From Prevotella sp. (lineage in GTDB: Bacteria > Bacteroidota > Bacteroidia > Bacteroidales > Bacteroidaceae): DNA of 64,000 nucleotides. Numbering within the stretch: the stretch's first letter is position 1; each line of letters opens with the position of its first letter. Under the pieces are notes generated by a model. The model made no database searches and was not told the origin of the DNA. It saw only the letters and a program-made list of their open reading frames with translations. Below, in pieces: positions 55,067-64,000 of the stretch. The translations under genes and the position numbers were made by a program. The stretch is from positions 11,018-75,017 of the forward strand of contig JAFTFG010000005.1 in NCBI GenBank assembly GCA_017449675.1, in the 5' to 3' direction.

Positions 55067-55186
55067 CTTAGGTAGATACAATTATCGTAGTTTATTGTTG
55101 TAGTTTGTTTTTGCAAAAGTAATCATTATTTTTCTAATTCCACCATAAAGCCGACACTTTTACTTTTTTTTACACTCCTGCGAGCA

Positions 55187-58100
55187 TTATAGTTTACGGA
55201 GCCAGTAGAGTGTTCCGCTCTTGGGTGATTCAGGACGGAAGACATCACGTAGCAGTACACTCTTTCGGAGGACAGTAAGTTCGCCGCTGTGGAGGTCGAT
55301 CGTACAGAGTTGGTAATTACCTGCCGCTACGGGAATGCCGGCCTGGTCGGCCTTGGTGTAAAGGAGGTAGCCACACTGCGGATTTCCCAAGGCGATAGCG
55401 TCCTTCGCATCAAGGGCCTTCATCTGACAGACATCCTTCAACAGGGTTTGCTGGAGAGGTTGTGACGACTGGGTGTTGATGGGAATATTGGGGAGGGAAC
55501 CGCCTGCCATCAGGATGGCCCATCCATAGGTGGGATACTGTTGGGAGAAGAAGGAAACGGCCTTCTCTGGATAGCGGTCACGGTATTCACGGACAGATCG
55601 GTAGGCTTCCTCAAACCCCGTCTTTCCCACTTTGATCTTACGCATCCACTGACGGGGTGCCATGTTACGTCCGCCTTCAGGGGCCCATAGTTCTTTCGTG
55701 TTATAATGCCAGTAGCGGATATCGATGATGTCTACTATCTTACGCAGTTCAGGGTCAGCAAGGATACTGTCCTGTACGTCCTTGGTACAACTGAGGGCAA
55801 TGAGCGGATGACAACCAGTCTCTGCCTCCCATTCGGCAACGGTCTCTAGCCAGAAACGGGTGAAATGCAATGGTCCTGTGTATTCAGCACTGATGGAGTG
55901 TATCACATTCGGCTGGTCTTTCAGTTGGTCGAGACACATCCGTATATACTGTCTGTGAAGGGGACGCAGTACGGGGTCCTGTTCGTTATAGAACTGTTCG
56001 GCCATGAAGACACGCTTGTCGCCGGCAAAGGGAACTGGTTCCGGGAAGTCGGTGCCGTTGATGTTGTTGACAGGTCGCCAGGGGCAGTCTACCCAATGGG
56101 CTCCGGCCTCCAGGATGTTATGCTGGAAATAATGCTCGTTGAAGAGCAGGATATTCTTGTTTGCTGCCTGATGGACAAACTCATTCAGGCGACTCCAATA
56201 CCAACGGTTGGGTTTGGTCAGGTCATAGCGTGACAGACCGTCCCATGCGGTACCTTCTCCAGAGCGTGTGAAGGGTTGTTCATAGAACGGGGCCCACACA
56301 TCACCATCGGCACGGCGGATGCGCTCATGGTCTGTTCGACGCAGGTCATACCAGAGTCCATAATGGTGGTATAATAAACTATAATGGTTTTCTGATAAAT
56401 AACTGGTTGTCATGTTGATACGGTCCGTCCATCCGTTACCTTCCCTGCCCGGTACAAAACGGGTGATAGCCGGTTTTGCATCCTTCTCTACGAAATTGTC
56501 CTTTACCCTGCCGCTCCACCAAGGGATGGCATATTGGTTACCTGTGATCAGTTTCCCGTCGGCAGTAAGATGTCCATTGATGATGGAGTAGGAGGGAAGT
56601 TGGTTTGTCTGTTCCTTGGTGGCCTTTGGTAATCTCGTAGTGACAGGACTGACGGAGGCTAGATAGGGAATACTGTCGAGCCATCTCTCCAAGGTGAGTC
56701 TGGGTTGTGTCAATGACTCCAGTGCCATCTCCATGGCCTGCTCCACTGTCGGAGAACTAGAGGCATTGGTAGGACGGGGGAGGATATAGGCGTTGAAAGG
56801 CAGTTGCCCTAATCGCTTCTCCAACTGGTCGTAGAACAGACTGCGGGGTGTCACATGGTCGTTACTGCTGGTCCATTCCCCGTTACCTGTCAGGGTTCCC
56901 CAGCAACCATGTCCGCTACTGCGGTTGTCACTGTCGGGAGAATAGCACTCGATGGTGGAGGCGGTACACTGCCACAACATCGAGTTGGCGGTGTTCCATC
57001 CCGTACCGAACTGAAACTGTTCGAGGTTGGCGAAACGGATGTCGTGGCCATCAATATTGACGATGTCGAAGAGCAAGCCTGCTGCCCATGAGCCGATACT
57101 ACCACTGAAACCTAAGGATTCCTCGCCCTCACACTGTACGAAGGCGTTAGGTCCTGCGGCGCAGTAGCCTGCGGCGAAGTCGTGGATACCCTGACGGGAG
57201 ACGCAACGCTGGAAGAGTGTCTGCTGTCCACGGGTCAGGAATACCTGTCGGCGCCAGCCTCCTATCTCGGAGACGGGTTCTTGGGCGATACAGTCCTCTA
57301 TGGTGATCCTACTGGTCTGTTTCTGTAGGTTGACGGCAGAGCCTGCGAGATGGTGGAACATCACACGGCGTACCCAACTGTCGCGTACATAATTCATATA
57401 GATACCGTCCCAACAGTGGTCCTCATCCTTCGTGTTCCATGTGGCATACTCGGAGTCAATCGTCAGGTTCTCCACACCGCATTCCGTGAGATATCCCTTG
57501 GGAGCACTGTTGATGACGAAGGCCCCTCCGTATTCTTGGGAGAGGGTGGTGGTGATGGGGGCGTCGAGCGTGATGGTCGTACCGTTGATGGCGGTGATAG
57601 TACGGTCCCACGTAATATCAATATCTGTTGCTTTCCATCCTGTGTAGTCGAGACCACCGCCAAAGTCATTCATCTTCAGGGAGGCAATCCATTCCTTGGT
57701 ACTAGGACGCACAATGGTGATGCGACTGCCTGTCCGCAGTCCCTTTGTCGACTGTAACGTGAGTTGTGTACTGCCTGCCGTCACTTTCTCGTCAGTGATG
57801 TTGATGGTATCACCTGTTATCGGTGTGGCCGTTCCTTCGAGATAGATGGCAGCCCCTCGGTCGACACCTGTCTTCAGGATGACCGTTTTCTGCCTGTCAG
57901 TACCCCGTAATACGATTCCGGAGGCGGTGATGCGTAGGGCTTTACTGATCTTGAAAACACCTTCGCCCAACAATACACAACCTCGATAGCCGTTCTGGTC
58001 GGGCTTCAATGTTGCCATATAATCCAACACTTGTTGGATACGTGCATAGTTATCACCGCTCTCCGCCTGGAGGGAAATCCTCACGGCGACATCAGGAATG

Positions 58101-58246
58101 GCCTGCTCGGAGGCGTGGTAGCCGCAGGTGGAGTAGTCCATAGGGATATATACTTCCTTCTTTGGCTTGGGTGCGGCAAATAGGTTGGCAACCATATAGC
58201 ATGCCATCAATAGCATAGCGATACGAGTGGTATATAGTCTTCTCAT
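55187..58246 (-). CDS. Pectate-lyase-like beta-helix + DUF6298 two-domain secreted protein
   Basis: Signal peptide; MDYSTCGY, GIVLRG, DEDHCW, GIHDF, GPNAFV. The second domain has HHYGLWYDLRRTDH, LSRYDLT, VDIIDIRYW. Confidence 0.7.
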   Translation of the reverse strand: MRRLYTTRIAMLLMACYMVANLFAAPKPKKEVYIPMDYSTCGYHASEQAIPDVAVRISLQAESGDNYARIQQVLDYMATLKPDQNGYRGCVLLGEGVFKISKALRITASGIVLRGTDRQKTVILKTGVDRGAAIYLEGTATPITGDTINITDEKVTAGSTQLTLQSTKGLRTGSRITIVRPSTKEWIASLKMNDFGGGLDYTGWKATDIDITWDRTITAINGTTITLDAPITTTLSQEYGGAFVINSAPKGYLTECGVENLTIDSEYATWNTKDEDHCWDGIYMNYVRDSWVRRVMFHHLAGSAVNLQKQTSRITIEDCIAQEPVSEIGGWRRQVFLTRGQQTLFQRCVSRQGIHDFAAGYCAAGPNAFVQCEGEESLGFSGSIGSWAAGLLFDIVNIDGHDIRFANLEQFQFGTGWNTANSMLWQCTASTIECYSPDSDNRSSGHGCWGTLTGNGEWTSSNDHVTPRSLFYDQLEKRLGQLPFNAYILPRPTNASSSPTVEQAMEMALESLTQPRLTLERWLDSIPYLASVSPVTTRLPKATKEQTNQLPSYSIINGHLTADGKLITGNQYAIPWWSGRVKDNFVEKDAKPAITRFVPGREGNGWTDRINMTTSYLSENHYSLLYHHYGLWYDLRRTDHERIRRADGDVWAPFYEQPFTRSGEGTAWDGLSRYDLTKPNRWYWSRLNEFVHQAANKNILLFNEHYFQHNILEAGAHWVDCPWRPVNNINGTDFPEPVPFAGDKRVFMAEQFYNEQDPVLRPLHRQYIRMCLDQLKDQPNVIHSISAEYTGPLHFTRFWLETVAEWEAETGCHPLIALSCTKDVQDSILADPELRKIVDIIDIRYWHYNTKELWAPEGGRNMAPRQWMRKIKVGKTGFEEAYRSVREYRDRYPEKAVSFFSQQYPTYGWAILMAGGSLPNIPINTQSSQPLQQTLLKDVCQMKALDAKDAIALGNPQCGYLLYTKADQAGIPVAAGNYQLCTIDLHSGELTVLRKSVLLRDVFRPESPKSGTLYWLRKL

Positions 58247-58273
58247 CTTGATATTGTTTTAGCGATTAGATGA

Positions 58274-58380
58274 CAAAGGTACAAAGAAGCGAGAAGAAAA
58301 CCAAATTTTATTTTGGTTTTCTCGAGCGAGAGTACTTTCAACGAAGTTAAAGGTACAAAGAAGCGAGAAGAAAACCAAAT
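58274..58380 (-). repeat. Dispersed promoter-bearing repeat, copy B (with internal duplication)
   Basis: aaaggtacaaagaagcgagaagaaaaccaaat occurs twice, around ttggttttctcgagcgagagtactttc. TACCTTTG on the minus strand upstream of the 58246 start. Confidence 0.75.
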
Positions 58381-58419
58381 AATTCAGGAATAAAAAGTGA
58401 ATCGGGGGATGAATGAGGT

Positions 58420-58610
58420 CGTTAGCGGGCACTGCTGATATTAGCAGCGACCGCCAACAATATTAGCAGCGCCCGCTGCTAATAACAGCAGCGAGCGCCT
58501 AATAACCCATCGGAACGTCACTTCCACCCTGAAAGGTACCTTGTTTACCCCCTTTAGGTGGCATCCTTTCCCCCCATAGTTGGCATCCTTTCCATCAATA
58601 GGAAGCATCT
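58420..58610. repeat. Degenerate 21-22 bp tandem repeats
   Basis: attagcagcg-type units, then tggcatcctttcc-type units. Confidence 0.6.
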
Positions 58611-58618
58611 CTTACAAC

Positions 58619-58704
58619 CATAAAAGCGGATGCACCGTGTGGATGCATCCGCTTGTATATTAGTATGATAGGGGATTATTCTGCCAAGGGGCGAAAGTAC
58701 CGTT
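58619..58704 (-). repeat. Copy 3 of susD 3' end + terminator
   Basis: Minus strand AACGGTACTTTCG-CCCCTTGGCAGAATAA followed by the aagcggatgcatccacacggtgcatccgctttt hairpin. Confidence 0.9.
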
Positions 58705-58712
58705 GGGTACTT

Positions 58713-59513
58713 TTATGTTAATAGATTTCTACTTTTGTCTCCTTCTAACACCTGCATTTGTTGGATAGCAATCAGGTTGAGTTTTATCAGTCTTTCTCTT
58801 TGTGATACTCCGTCGTTGATAAGCACATCATTGATATTTTCCATATTAGACAAACATATCAGTTCGTTAATGGTGGCGTAGTCGCGTATGTTACCTTTCA
58901 AGTCAGGGTTGACCTCTCGCCATTGCTTTGCTGTCATTCCAAACATTGCCACATTCAGGACATCTGCTTCCTCTGCGTAGATAATGCTCGCCTGTGCAGG
59001 GGTAATCTCCTGGGGAATCAGATGACTCTTAATGGCATCCGTGTGAATACGGTAGTTTATTTTGGACAACTCCCTCTTTGCGGACCATCCCAACAATTTC
59101 TGCTCCTCTGCTTTTAAGCGCTGGTACTCTTTGACGAGCAATAGTTGGAATTTTGGACTTATCCACATGCCAAAATGGTAGGCAATGTCCCTGTGAGCGT
59201 AAGTCCCTCCATACCGACCTGCTTTGGAAAAGATACCAATAGCACCAGTCTTTTCTATCCATGTTTTGACAGACAAAACAAAGTTATTACTGCCTGCCAT
59301 ATTTCTAAAAGTACCGAATTCGGTACAATTAAAGTTGGGATTGTAGAGCATTTCCCACTCGCCAAGATACTCAATTGTACTTTTAAGACTTAGCCAGCGG
59401 AAGATAATATGCTCTTGCAATTGGCTTCTAGCCATATCAGTCAAAGAAATATAGTCATCATCATTGTGAGAAATGATGGCTATTTCTGTGTTTTGAACAT
59501 TTATTTTTGCCAT
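58713..59513 (-). CDS. KilA-N domain DNA-binding protein
   Basis: DYISLTDMA, EYLGEWE, SKAGRYGGTYAHRDIA, WISPKF, LSKINYRIHTDAIK. ATG 59513. Confidence 0.9.
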   Translation of the reverse strand: MAKINVQNTEIAIISHNDDDYISLTDMARSQLQEHIIFRWLSLKSTIEYLGEWEMLYNPNFNCTEFGTFRNMAGSNNFVLSVKTWIEKTGAIGIFSKAGRYGGTYAHRDIAYHFGMWISPKFQLLLVKEYQRLKAEEQKLLGWSAKRELSKINYRIHTDAIKSHLIPQEITPAQASIIYAEEADVLNVAMFGMTAKQWREVNPDLKGNIRDYATINELICLSNMENINDVLINDGVSQRERLIKLNLIAIQQMQVLEGDKSRNLLT

Positions 59514-59536
59514 AGTTGATTTTAATATTATGTGTG

Positions 59537-59599
59537 CAAAGATACAATTAAGTGAGCAAAAAACCAAGAGAATCTTGAGTTTTTCGAGCGGGAGTATCT
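59537..59599 (-). repeat. Dispersed promoter-bearing repeat, copy C
   Basis: caaagatacaattaagtgagcaaaaaaccaag...ttgagtttttcgagcgggagtatct; TATCTTTG upstream of KilA-N. Confidence 0.65.
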
Positions 59600-59650
59600 T
59601 AGGGATTTTTCCAAAGATATGAAGATTTTATGAATCTACCAAATAATTAC

Positions 59651-59749
59651 ACATAAAAAGCGGACGCACCGTGTGTGATGCATCCGCTTGTTTATTAGTG
59701 TGATAGGGGATTACTCCTCTGTGTTAGCCAAGGGGTCGAAAGTGCCATT
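59651..59749 (-). repeat. Copy 2 of susD 3' end + terminator
   Basis: Minus strand AATGGCACTTTCGACCCCTTGGCTAACACAGAGGAGTAA (NGTFDPLANTEE*) followed by the hairpin. Confidence 0.9.
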
Positions 59750-60263
59750 AAACATCTTGTGGTTTGTTGATGCGAAACATGGCGATTTCCTCTTCGAAGA
59801 GGTCAATGACTGTTCGCAATTGTGGATGGGTTCGTGGAACGATGATGGCAATATACTCTGTAGTTGGTTTCCCTTCAGGGGTGAATCCCGGAACGTCTGC
59901 AGATCTAATAACGTATTTCATCTGTTGTTCATACCCGTTAAACCATCTAAGGAATAGTCTTGCTCGTTGTGCTTGCTGATTGTTATCAGTACTACACATA
60001 TAAAGTAAGATGTCAGGATTCTGTCGAAAGAACTCTTCAACAATACAGATGAGAGTCTTGGGAATCTTCCTGTCATTAGGCGAAGATTTGTGACTTTCAT
60101 TTGTCAAGTTCAACCAATAGGCAGTGTAAAATGGATTTTCCTCATAATCAAAGTCTACAGCGTAGCGGATACCATTCTCCGTTTCAAAGTGCAGTACAGA
60201 TTTCTCTGCCCAAACCTTGTATGGTGAGTTAACGTTGATACGGTTAGTGTTGAGTGAATTCAT
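59748..60263 (-). CDS. DUF6169-like hypothetical protein
   Basis: IVEEFFRQNPDILLYMCSTDNNQQAQRARLFLRWF pattern. Confidence 0.7.
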   Translation of the reverse strand: MNSLNTNRINVNSPYKVWAEKSVLHFETENGIRYAVDFDYEENPFYTAYWLNLTNESHKSSPNDRKIPKTLICIVEEFFRQNPDILLYMCSTDNNQQAQRARLFLRWFNGYEQQMKYVIRSADVPGFTPEGKPTTEYIAIIVPRTHPQLRTVIDLFEEEIAMFRINKPQDV

Positions 60264-60266
60264 TGT

Positions 60267-60452
60267 CTATTCTCCTTCGATGTCGTAATAATGCTTGGCT
60301 TCTGCTTCTTTACGTATCAAGTCTTCCTCAGCCCATTGAGCCTGCATTTTTCTGACCCAAGTCTCCTTACGTTGTTTGGCAGCATGAATCATAGCCACAA
60401 ACTTCTCATGTCGAGCCCATTGCTCAGGGGTGAATTTTATTGTTGCTTCCAT
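60267..60452 (-). CDS. Small helical hypothetical protein, co-transcribed with the DUF6169 gene
   Basis: ATG 60452 lies below a TATCTTTG -7 motif at 60483-60490; the stop is 3 bp from the next start. Confidence 0.55.
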   Translation of the reverse strand: MEATIKFTPEQWARHEKFVAMIHAAKQRKETWVRKMQAQWAEEDLIRKEAEAKHYYDIEGE

Positions 60453-61018
60453 TTCTGTCGCATTTTGATAATTAACTTTCTGCAAAGATACATATTATTC
60501 ACAAATCTTCCAAATAAATCAATAAAAAGATATTGGTGATGTGCCTTTCCGGCAAAAATGCCTTACATTATCGTTGGAGATGCCTGCAATCGAAGATAAA
60601 GATGCCTTGCGTAGGGGTAACAGATTACTGGTGATGGGTATTAGTGCCATCTGTCTTATTTAAAATAAGACAGCGACAGTTTTTTGAGCAGTACTTAGTA
60701 GTGCTTTTGCTTGGGACTTTAAAGTCTTTGTATTGCCATTTGTTGTTGAATTCTCTAGAGAATTCATCCGAAAGGAGGCACCTTTCACCCCGTTAGGTAC
60801 ACACAAACGCTTCAATTCTCTAGAAAATTAAGCGACTATCCAGTCTTTGATGACAACCTTATGCCAACCTTGACGACCTTGAAAAGGTTGCAAATGCAGT
60901 GGTTATCGGTGTTTTGTCAACCTGACAACCTTTTCTAGAAAAAATCAATACAGTGAAATTTCTTTGGTAAAGAGTTCGAAGAACTCACGCTAATACTATA
61001 AAATTTAAATTTGATTAT

Positions 61019-61116
61019 ACATAAAAAGCGGATGCACCGTGTGGATGCATCCGCTTGTATATTAGTATGATAGGGGATTACTCCTCTGTGTCAGCCAAGG
61101 GGTCGAAGGTACCGTT
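61019..61116 (-). terminator. susD 3' end and intrinsic terminator (copy 1, resident)
   Basis: aagcggatgca...tgcatccgctt hairpin plus T run after the susD stop. Confidence 0.85.
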
Positions 61117-63291
61117 AGCACCGGATGCCTTGTTGTTCTCCCAACCGATAGTCTGGAGGAGACGCTCGTCATTACGGTTCTGTGCACCTAATGAAAGACC
61201 CAGGAAGTAGTACTTAGCGAAGAAGTGGGGCTCTTGTGCCACGTGGTTGACATAGCCGTCACCACCCTTATCCATACGCTTGAGGTACTCAGTATACCAT
61301 GTCTTGAGAACTTCCTGTTGATCGGTGAGGTCCTTGCGTAAGTCAAGGGCTGCGCAACGAACGACATTACCTCTTAACAGGGGATCGTCTGCATAGGTCT
61401 CACCACCTGTTCCGTAAGTAGTAGCATAGTAGTCGCTGACACGGAACTCCATACGCTCACGACGCTGTCCGTTCAAAGGCTTGAAACCTAACCATGTACA
61501 AGTATTGCCCGACCAGCCTGTCAGTCTCCATGTAGATGGTGCGCCATCTATCTCATCAACATTAGCACCACCGTCGAAGAGCATCCAGCGACGTGCGTCA
61601 TCAAAACGCTTACCCTCGTAAGCCAACTCTATCTGACGCTCATAGAGGATAGCACTCATACATGCAGCCTGATCACTTGAGAGACTGGCTTGCAGTCCGT
61701 AGTTGTTATCGGCGGTATAGCCGACACGAGCACGGATTTGCTGCAGATAGCCTACAGCCTCACCCATATGGCCTGCCATACATGCTGCCTCAGCAAGGTT
61801 GAGCAATACCTCTGCGTAGCGAATCTCCATGTAGGGAGCACCTGAGTAGGTAAACGCACCATTGCTGGCACCGGTATCGTAAGAATACATCGGGGAGTTC
61901 ACGTCAAGGTCATCCGTACGTTTACGGACATAGATACCACGGACACTGCCTAACAGGTTGTCGGCACCATAGCGTGTACCCTTTTCCGGATCGATCTGCT
62001 CATCATTGCTGGCATACCATACATAGTTCCACAGTTCGTAGTTGGCACCATCACTGGGGTTGAGGTTCTGACCACCCTGACTGGCATCACCATTATATGC
62101 CCATCGTACACCAGGGAATGCGAAGGTACGATAGAAGCGCGGGTCACGATTCATAAATGGGAATTCGGTCTCGTAAGCATAGCCAGAGGTCTCCAATTTG
62201 CTGTAGGTACCTGTTCCTGTAGGAATCTTACCGTCCTTCATGGGGAACATATCAACCAACATGGAAGAAGCATCTTGGCCAGAGCCTGCACGAAGTTGTG
62301 TGTTGATGGGACGAATAGCACGCTCCCACTGGTTGTTATAACCCTCGTCTGTAGTTCCGTCAATGGTGTTGTGGAGTGTAACGAATACAGCCTCAGAACT
62401 CTTACGCATCGCAAACATATGGGCAAAGGCCGAAGCATTGATGTCGTCGGATTCATTATAGAGCGCATAGCCGCAGGCATTGATACTGTCAAGTTCACGC
62501 TTCATCTGTGTATAGGCATCTGTCCAACGGCTCTGGTCGTTTGCACGGTTAAACATAGGACTTGCCCAAAGCAACAGTACACGTCCTCTCAGTGCCAAAG
62601 CGGTACCTGTTGTCACACGTCCCCACTCAGACTCCTTCCATCCGCCGTGCATGGTTGCATCTGCCAGATAATGGGCTGACTGATCGAGGTCATCCAGGAT
62701 GAAGTTGATACACTTGCGGGCAGAAGAGCGCTGTGTGAATGATGCGGCTTCAGTCTCCTGAACATCCTTGATGATGGGTACACCACCATACCATTTGACG
62801 AGTTGATAGTAGCACCATGCACGGAAGAAATAGCACTGTCCGAGCATCTCATTCTTCTGGTCTTCAGGAAGAGAGCAGTTGTTGAAACCGTTGATGGCAT
62901 CATTGATACCACGAATACGTCCCCATACGTTAGACAGGTGTTTCTGCTCATTCTGGAAATAGTCAGGCACCATGACGCTGCTGACAGTAGAGTTAAGTTC
63001 TTTATTGGGGTCGTTGAACACACCAAAGCCGGCATACTCCTCACTGGCCTTACATTGATCATCGCTGGCAAGACCTGTACAGTTGTTGGTCCAACTGGCT
63101 ACTGCACTAGGATTGGGCAGACATTGGCCGTAGAGGGTGTTGACACGTAGTTTTGCACCTTCATAGTCGTCGAAGACCTCTGAAGTCACCTTATCGTAGT
63201 TTCTCTTCTCCTGAAGGAACTCATCACTACAGGAGACTGTGAAAGTAGCCATCAGAGCAACTACAAGTAAATATATATTGTACCTTTTCAT
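61078..63291 (-). CDS. susD: RagB/SusD family glycan-binding lipoprotein
   Basis: Lipobox TVSC; GQCYFFRAWCY, WYGGVP, RDPRF, IRYAEVLLNLAEA, ERQIELAYEGKRFDDARRW. Confidence 0.95.
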   Translation of the reverse strand: MKRYNIYLLVVALMATFTVSCSDEFLQEKRNYDKVTSEVFDDYEGAKLRVNTLYGQCLPNPSAVASWTNNCTGLASDDQCKASEEYAGFGVFNDPNKELNSTVSSVMVPDYFQNEQKHLSNVWGRIRGINDAINGFNNCSLPEDQKNEMLGQCYFFRAWCYYQLVKWYGGVPIIKDVQETEAASFTQRSSARKCINFILDDLDQSAHYLADATMHGGWKESEWGRVTTGTALALRGRVLLLWASPMFNRANDQSRWTDAYTQMKRELDSINACGYALYNESDDINASAFAHMFAMRKSSEAVFVTLHNTIDGTTDEGYNNQWERAIRPINTQLRAGSGQDASSMLVDMFPMKDGKIPTGTGTYSKLETSGYAYETEFPFMNRDPRFYRTFAFPGVRWAYNGDASQGGQNLNPSDGANYELWNYVWYASNDEQIDPEKGTRYGADNLLGSVRGIYVRKRTDDLDVNSPMYSYDTGASNGAFTYSGAPYMEIRYAEVLLNLAEAACMAGHMGEAVGYLQQIRARVGYTADNNYGLQASLSSDQAACMSAILYERQIELAYEGKRFDDARRWMLFDGGANVDEIDGAPSTWRLTGWSGNTCTWLGFKPLNGQRRERMEFRVSDYYATTYGTGGETYADDPLLRGNVVRCAALDLRKDLTDQQEVLKTWYTEYLKRMDKGGDGYVNHVAQEPHFFAKYYFLGLSLGAQNRNDERLLQTIGWENNKASGANGTFDPLADTEE

Positions 63292-63309
63292 ATTTCTTTT
63301 GTTTTGTGA

Positions 63310-64000
63310 TTAGAAACTGACATTCAAACCTACAGTCCATTTGCGCAGTGTTGGATAACTGCCATAACCTGACCAGTTGCTGGCGAAATGGTCGGGATAA
63401 GGATTGTAGAAGTTGATTAGATTGGTTCCGGTAACATTGACACGAACTCCCTGAATACCTATGCTCTTAAACCACTTAGCGGGGAATGTGTAGGCCAGTG
63501 TAAGACGTGACAGACGGATGGTTGTGCCACTGACACGCCAGAAGTTTGACTGGATGCTATTGACGCTAGCGTAGGCGAGGTTAGGATAATAACCTTCCGT
63601 GTTCTTCTGTACGACCAGATTACCGCTGTCGTCATAGACATCTTGATAAGAGTACATGTTATCTACGTTCCAGATAGAAGGCATATTGGTGGCTTCGAGA
63701 CCATAATAGGGATTCAACGCCTGTGAGGGGATGAATGAGTAGCCGCCCCAACTTGAACGGAACTGTGCTGTCAGGGAGATACCCTTCCACTCTGCGTTTG
63801 CGTTGACAGTAAATCCATAAGGATTGTTTCTGCTGGACAGACATACTTGGTCATCATTTCTGTCAACAACACCGTCAGGACCGGCATAAGTACCATCACC
63901 GAGTTGTTTTCCGCGTACATCTTTATAAATCAACATACCTGGACGAATCTGGTCAGGACGCATGCCAAGATAGGAGGTGATGTTGTTCTTCTCTACGTAC
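63310..64000 (-). CDS. susC: SusC/RagA TonB-dependent transporter, C-terminal part (5' end outside window)
   Basis: PGMLIYKDV, DGVVD, IRLSRLTLAYT, YPTLRKWTVGLNVSF with terminal Phe; directly upstream of susD. Confidence 0.92.
   Translation of the reverse strand, partial: YVEKNNITSYLGMRPDQIRPGMLIYKDVRGKQLGDGTYAGPDGVVDRNDDQVCLSSRNNPYGFTVNANAEWKGISLTAQFRSSWGGYSFIPSQALNPYYGLEATNMPSIWNVDNMYSYQDVYDDSGNLVVQKNTEGYYPNLAYASVNSIQSNFWRVSGTTIRLSRLTLAYTFPAKWFKSIGIQGVRVNVTGTNLINFYNPYPDHFASNWSGYGSYPTLRKWTVGLNVSF

Noticed and set aside
60540..61018. Hidden gene between susD and the small ORF
   Set aside because: I found only very short ORFs (about 36 aa); the region is dominated by palindromes and short repeats.
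58619..61116. CRISPR or classical integron reading of the three long repeats
   Set aside because: The repeats are susD coding end plus terminator, separated by 1-1.4 kb of genes; no cas or integron integrase is visible.

Overview
A Bacteroidales (Prevotella-like) chromosomal region, almost entirely a rhamnogalacturonan-II (RG-II) polysaccharide utilisation locus. It holds a susC (partial) and susD pair, an ECF sigma factor, and most of the RG-II enzyme set known from Bacteroides thetaiotaomicron: GH95, GH140 apiosidase, GH78-GH33, three stand-alone GH2, GH137-GH2-malectin, GH106, GH138, GH78, two GH141, GH127 and a SASA esterase. All family and orthologue assignments come from motif recognition and memory, not from searches. 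The standout is a cobalamin-dependent methyl-transfer module embedded in the locus. Its core is a re-wired methionine synthase (URO-D-like methyltransferase + homocysteine/Zn domain + B12 domain, with no folate-binding domain). Beside it lie a stand-alone MetH reactivation domain, a second MtaA/URO-D methyltransferase, a signal-less GH31 alpha-xylosidase, a GH141 and a Na+/sugar symporter. I infer a pathway that imports and O-demethylates the 2-O-methyl sugars of RG-II and passes the methyl group to homocysteine. Accessory DNA includes an EcoRI-family methylase with a DUF262-HNH nuclease, a Fic protein lacking the catalytic His, KilA-N and DUF6169 cassettes bounded by three copies of the susD 3' end plus terminator, and several palindromic or tandem repeat families, some inserted in frame within enzyme genes.
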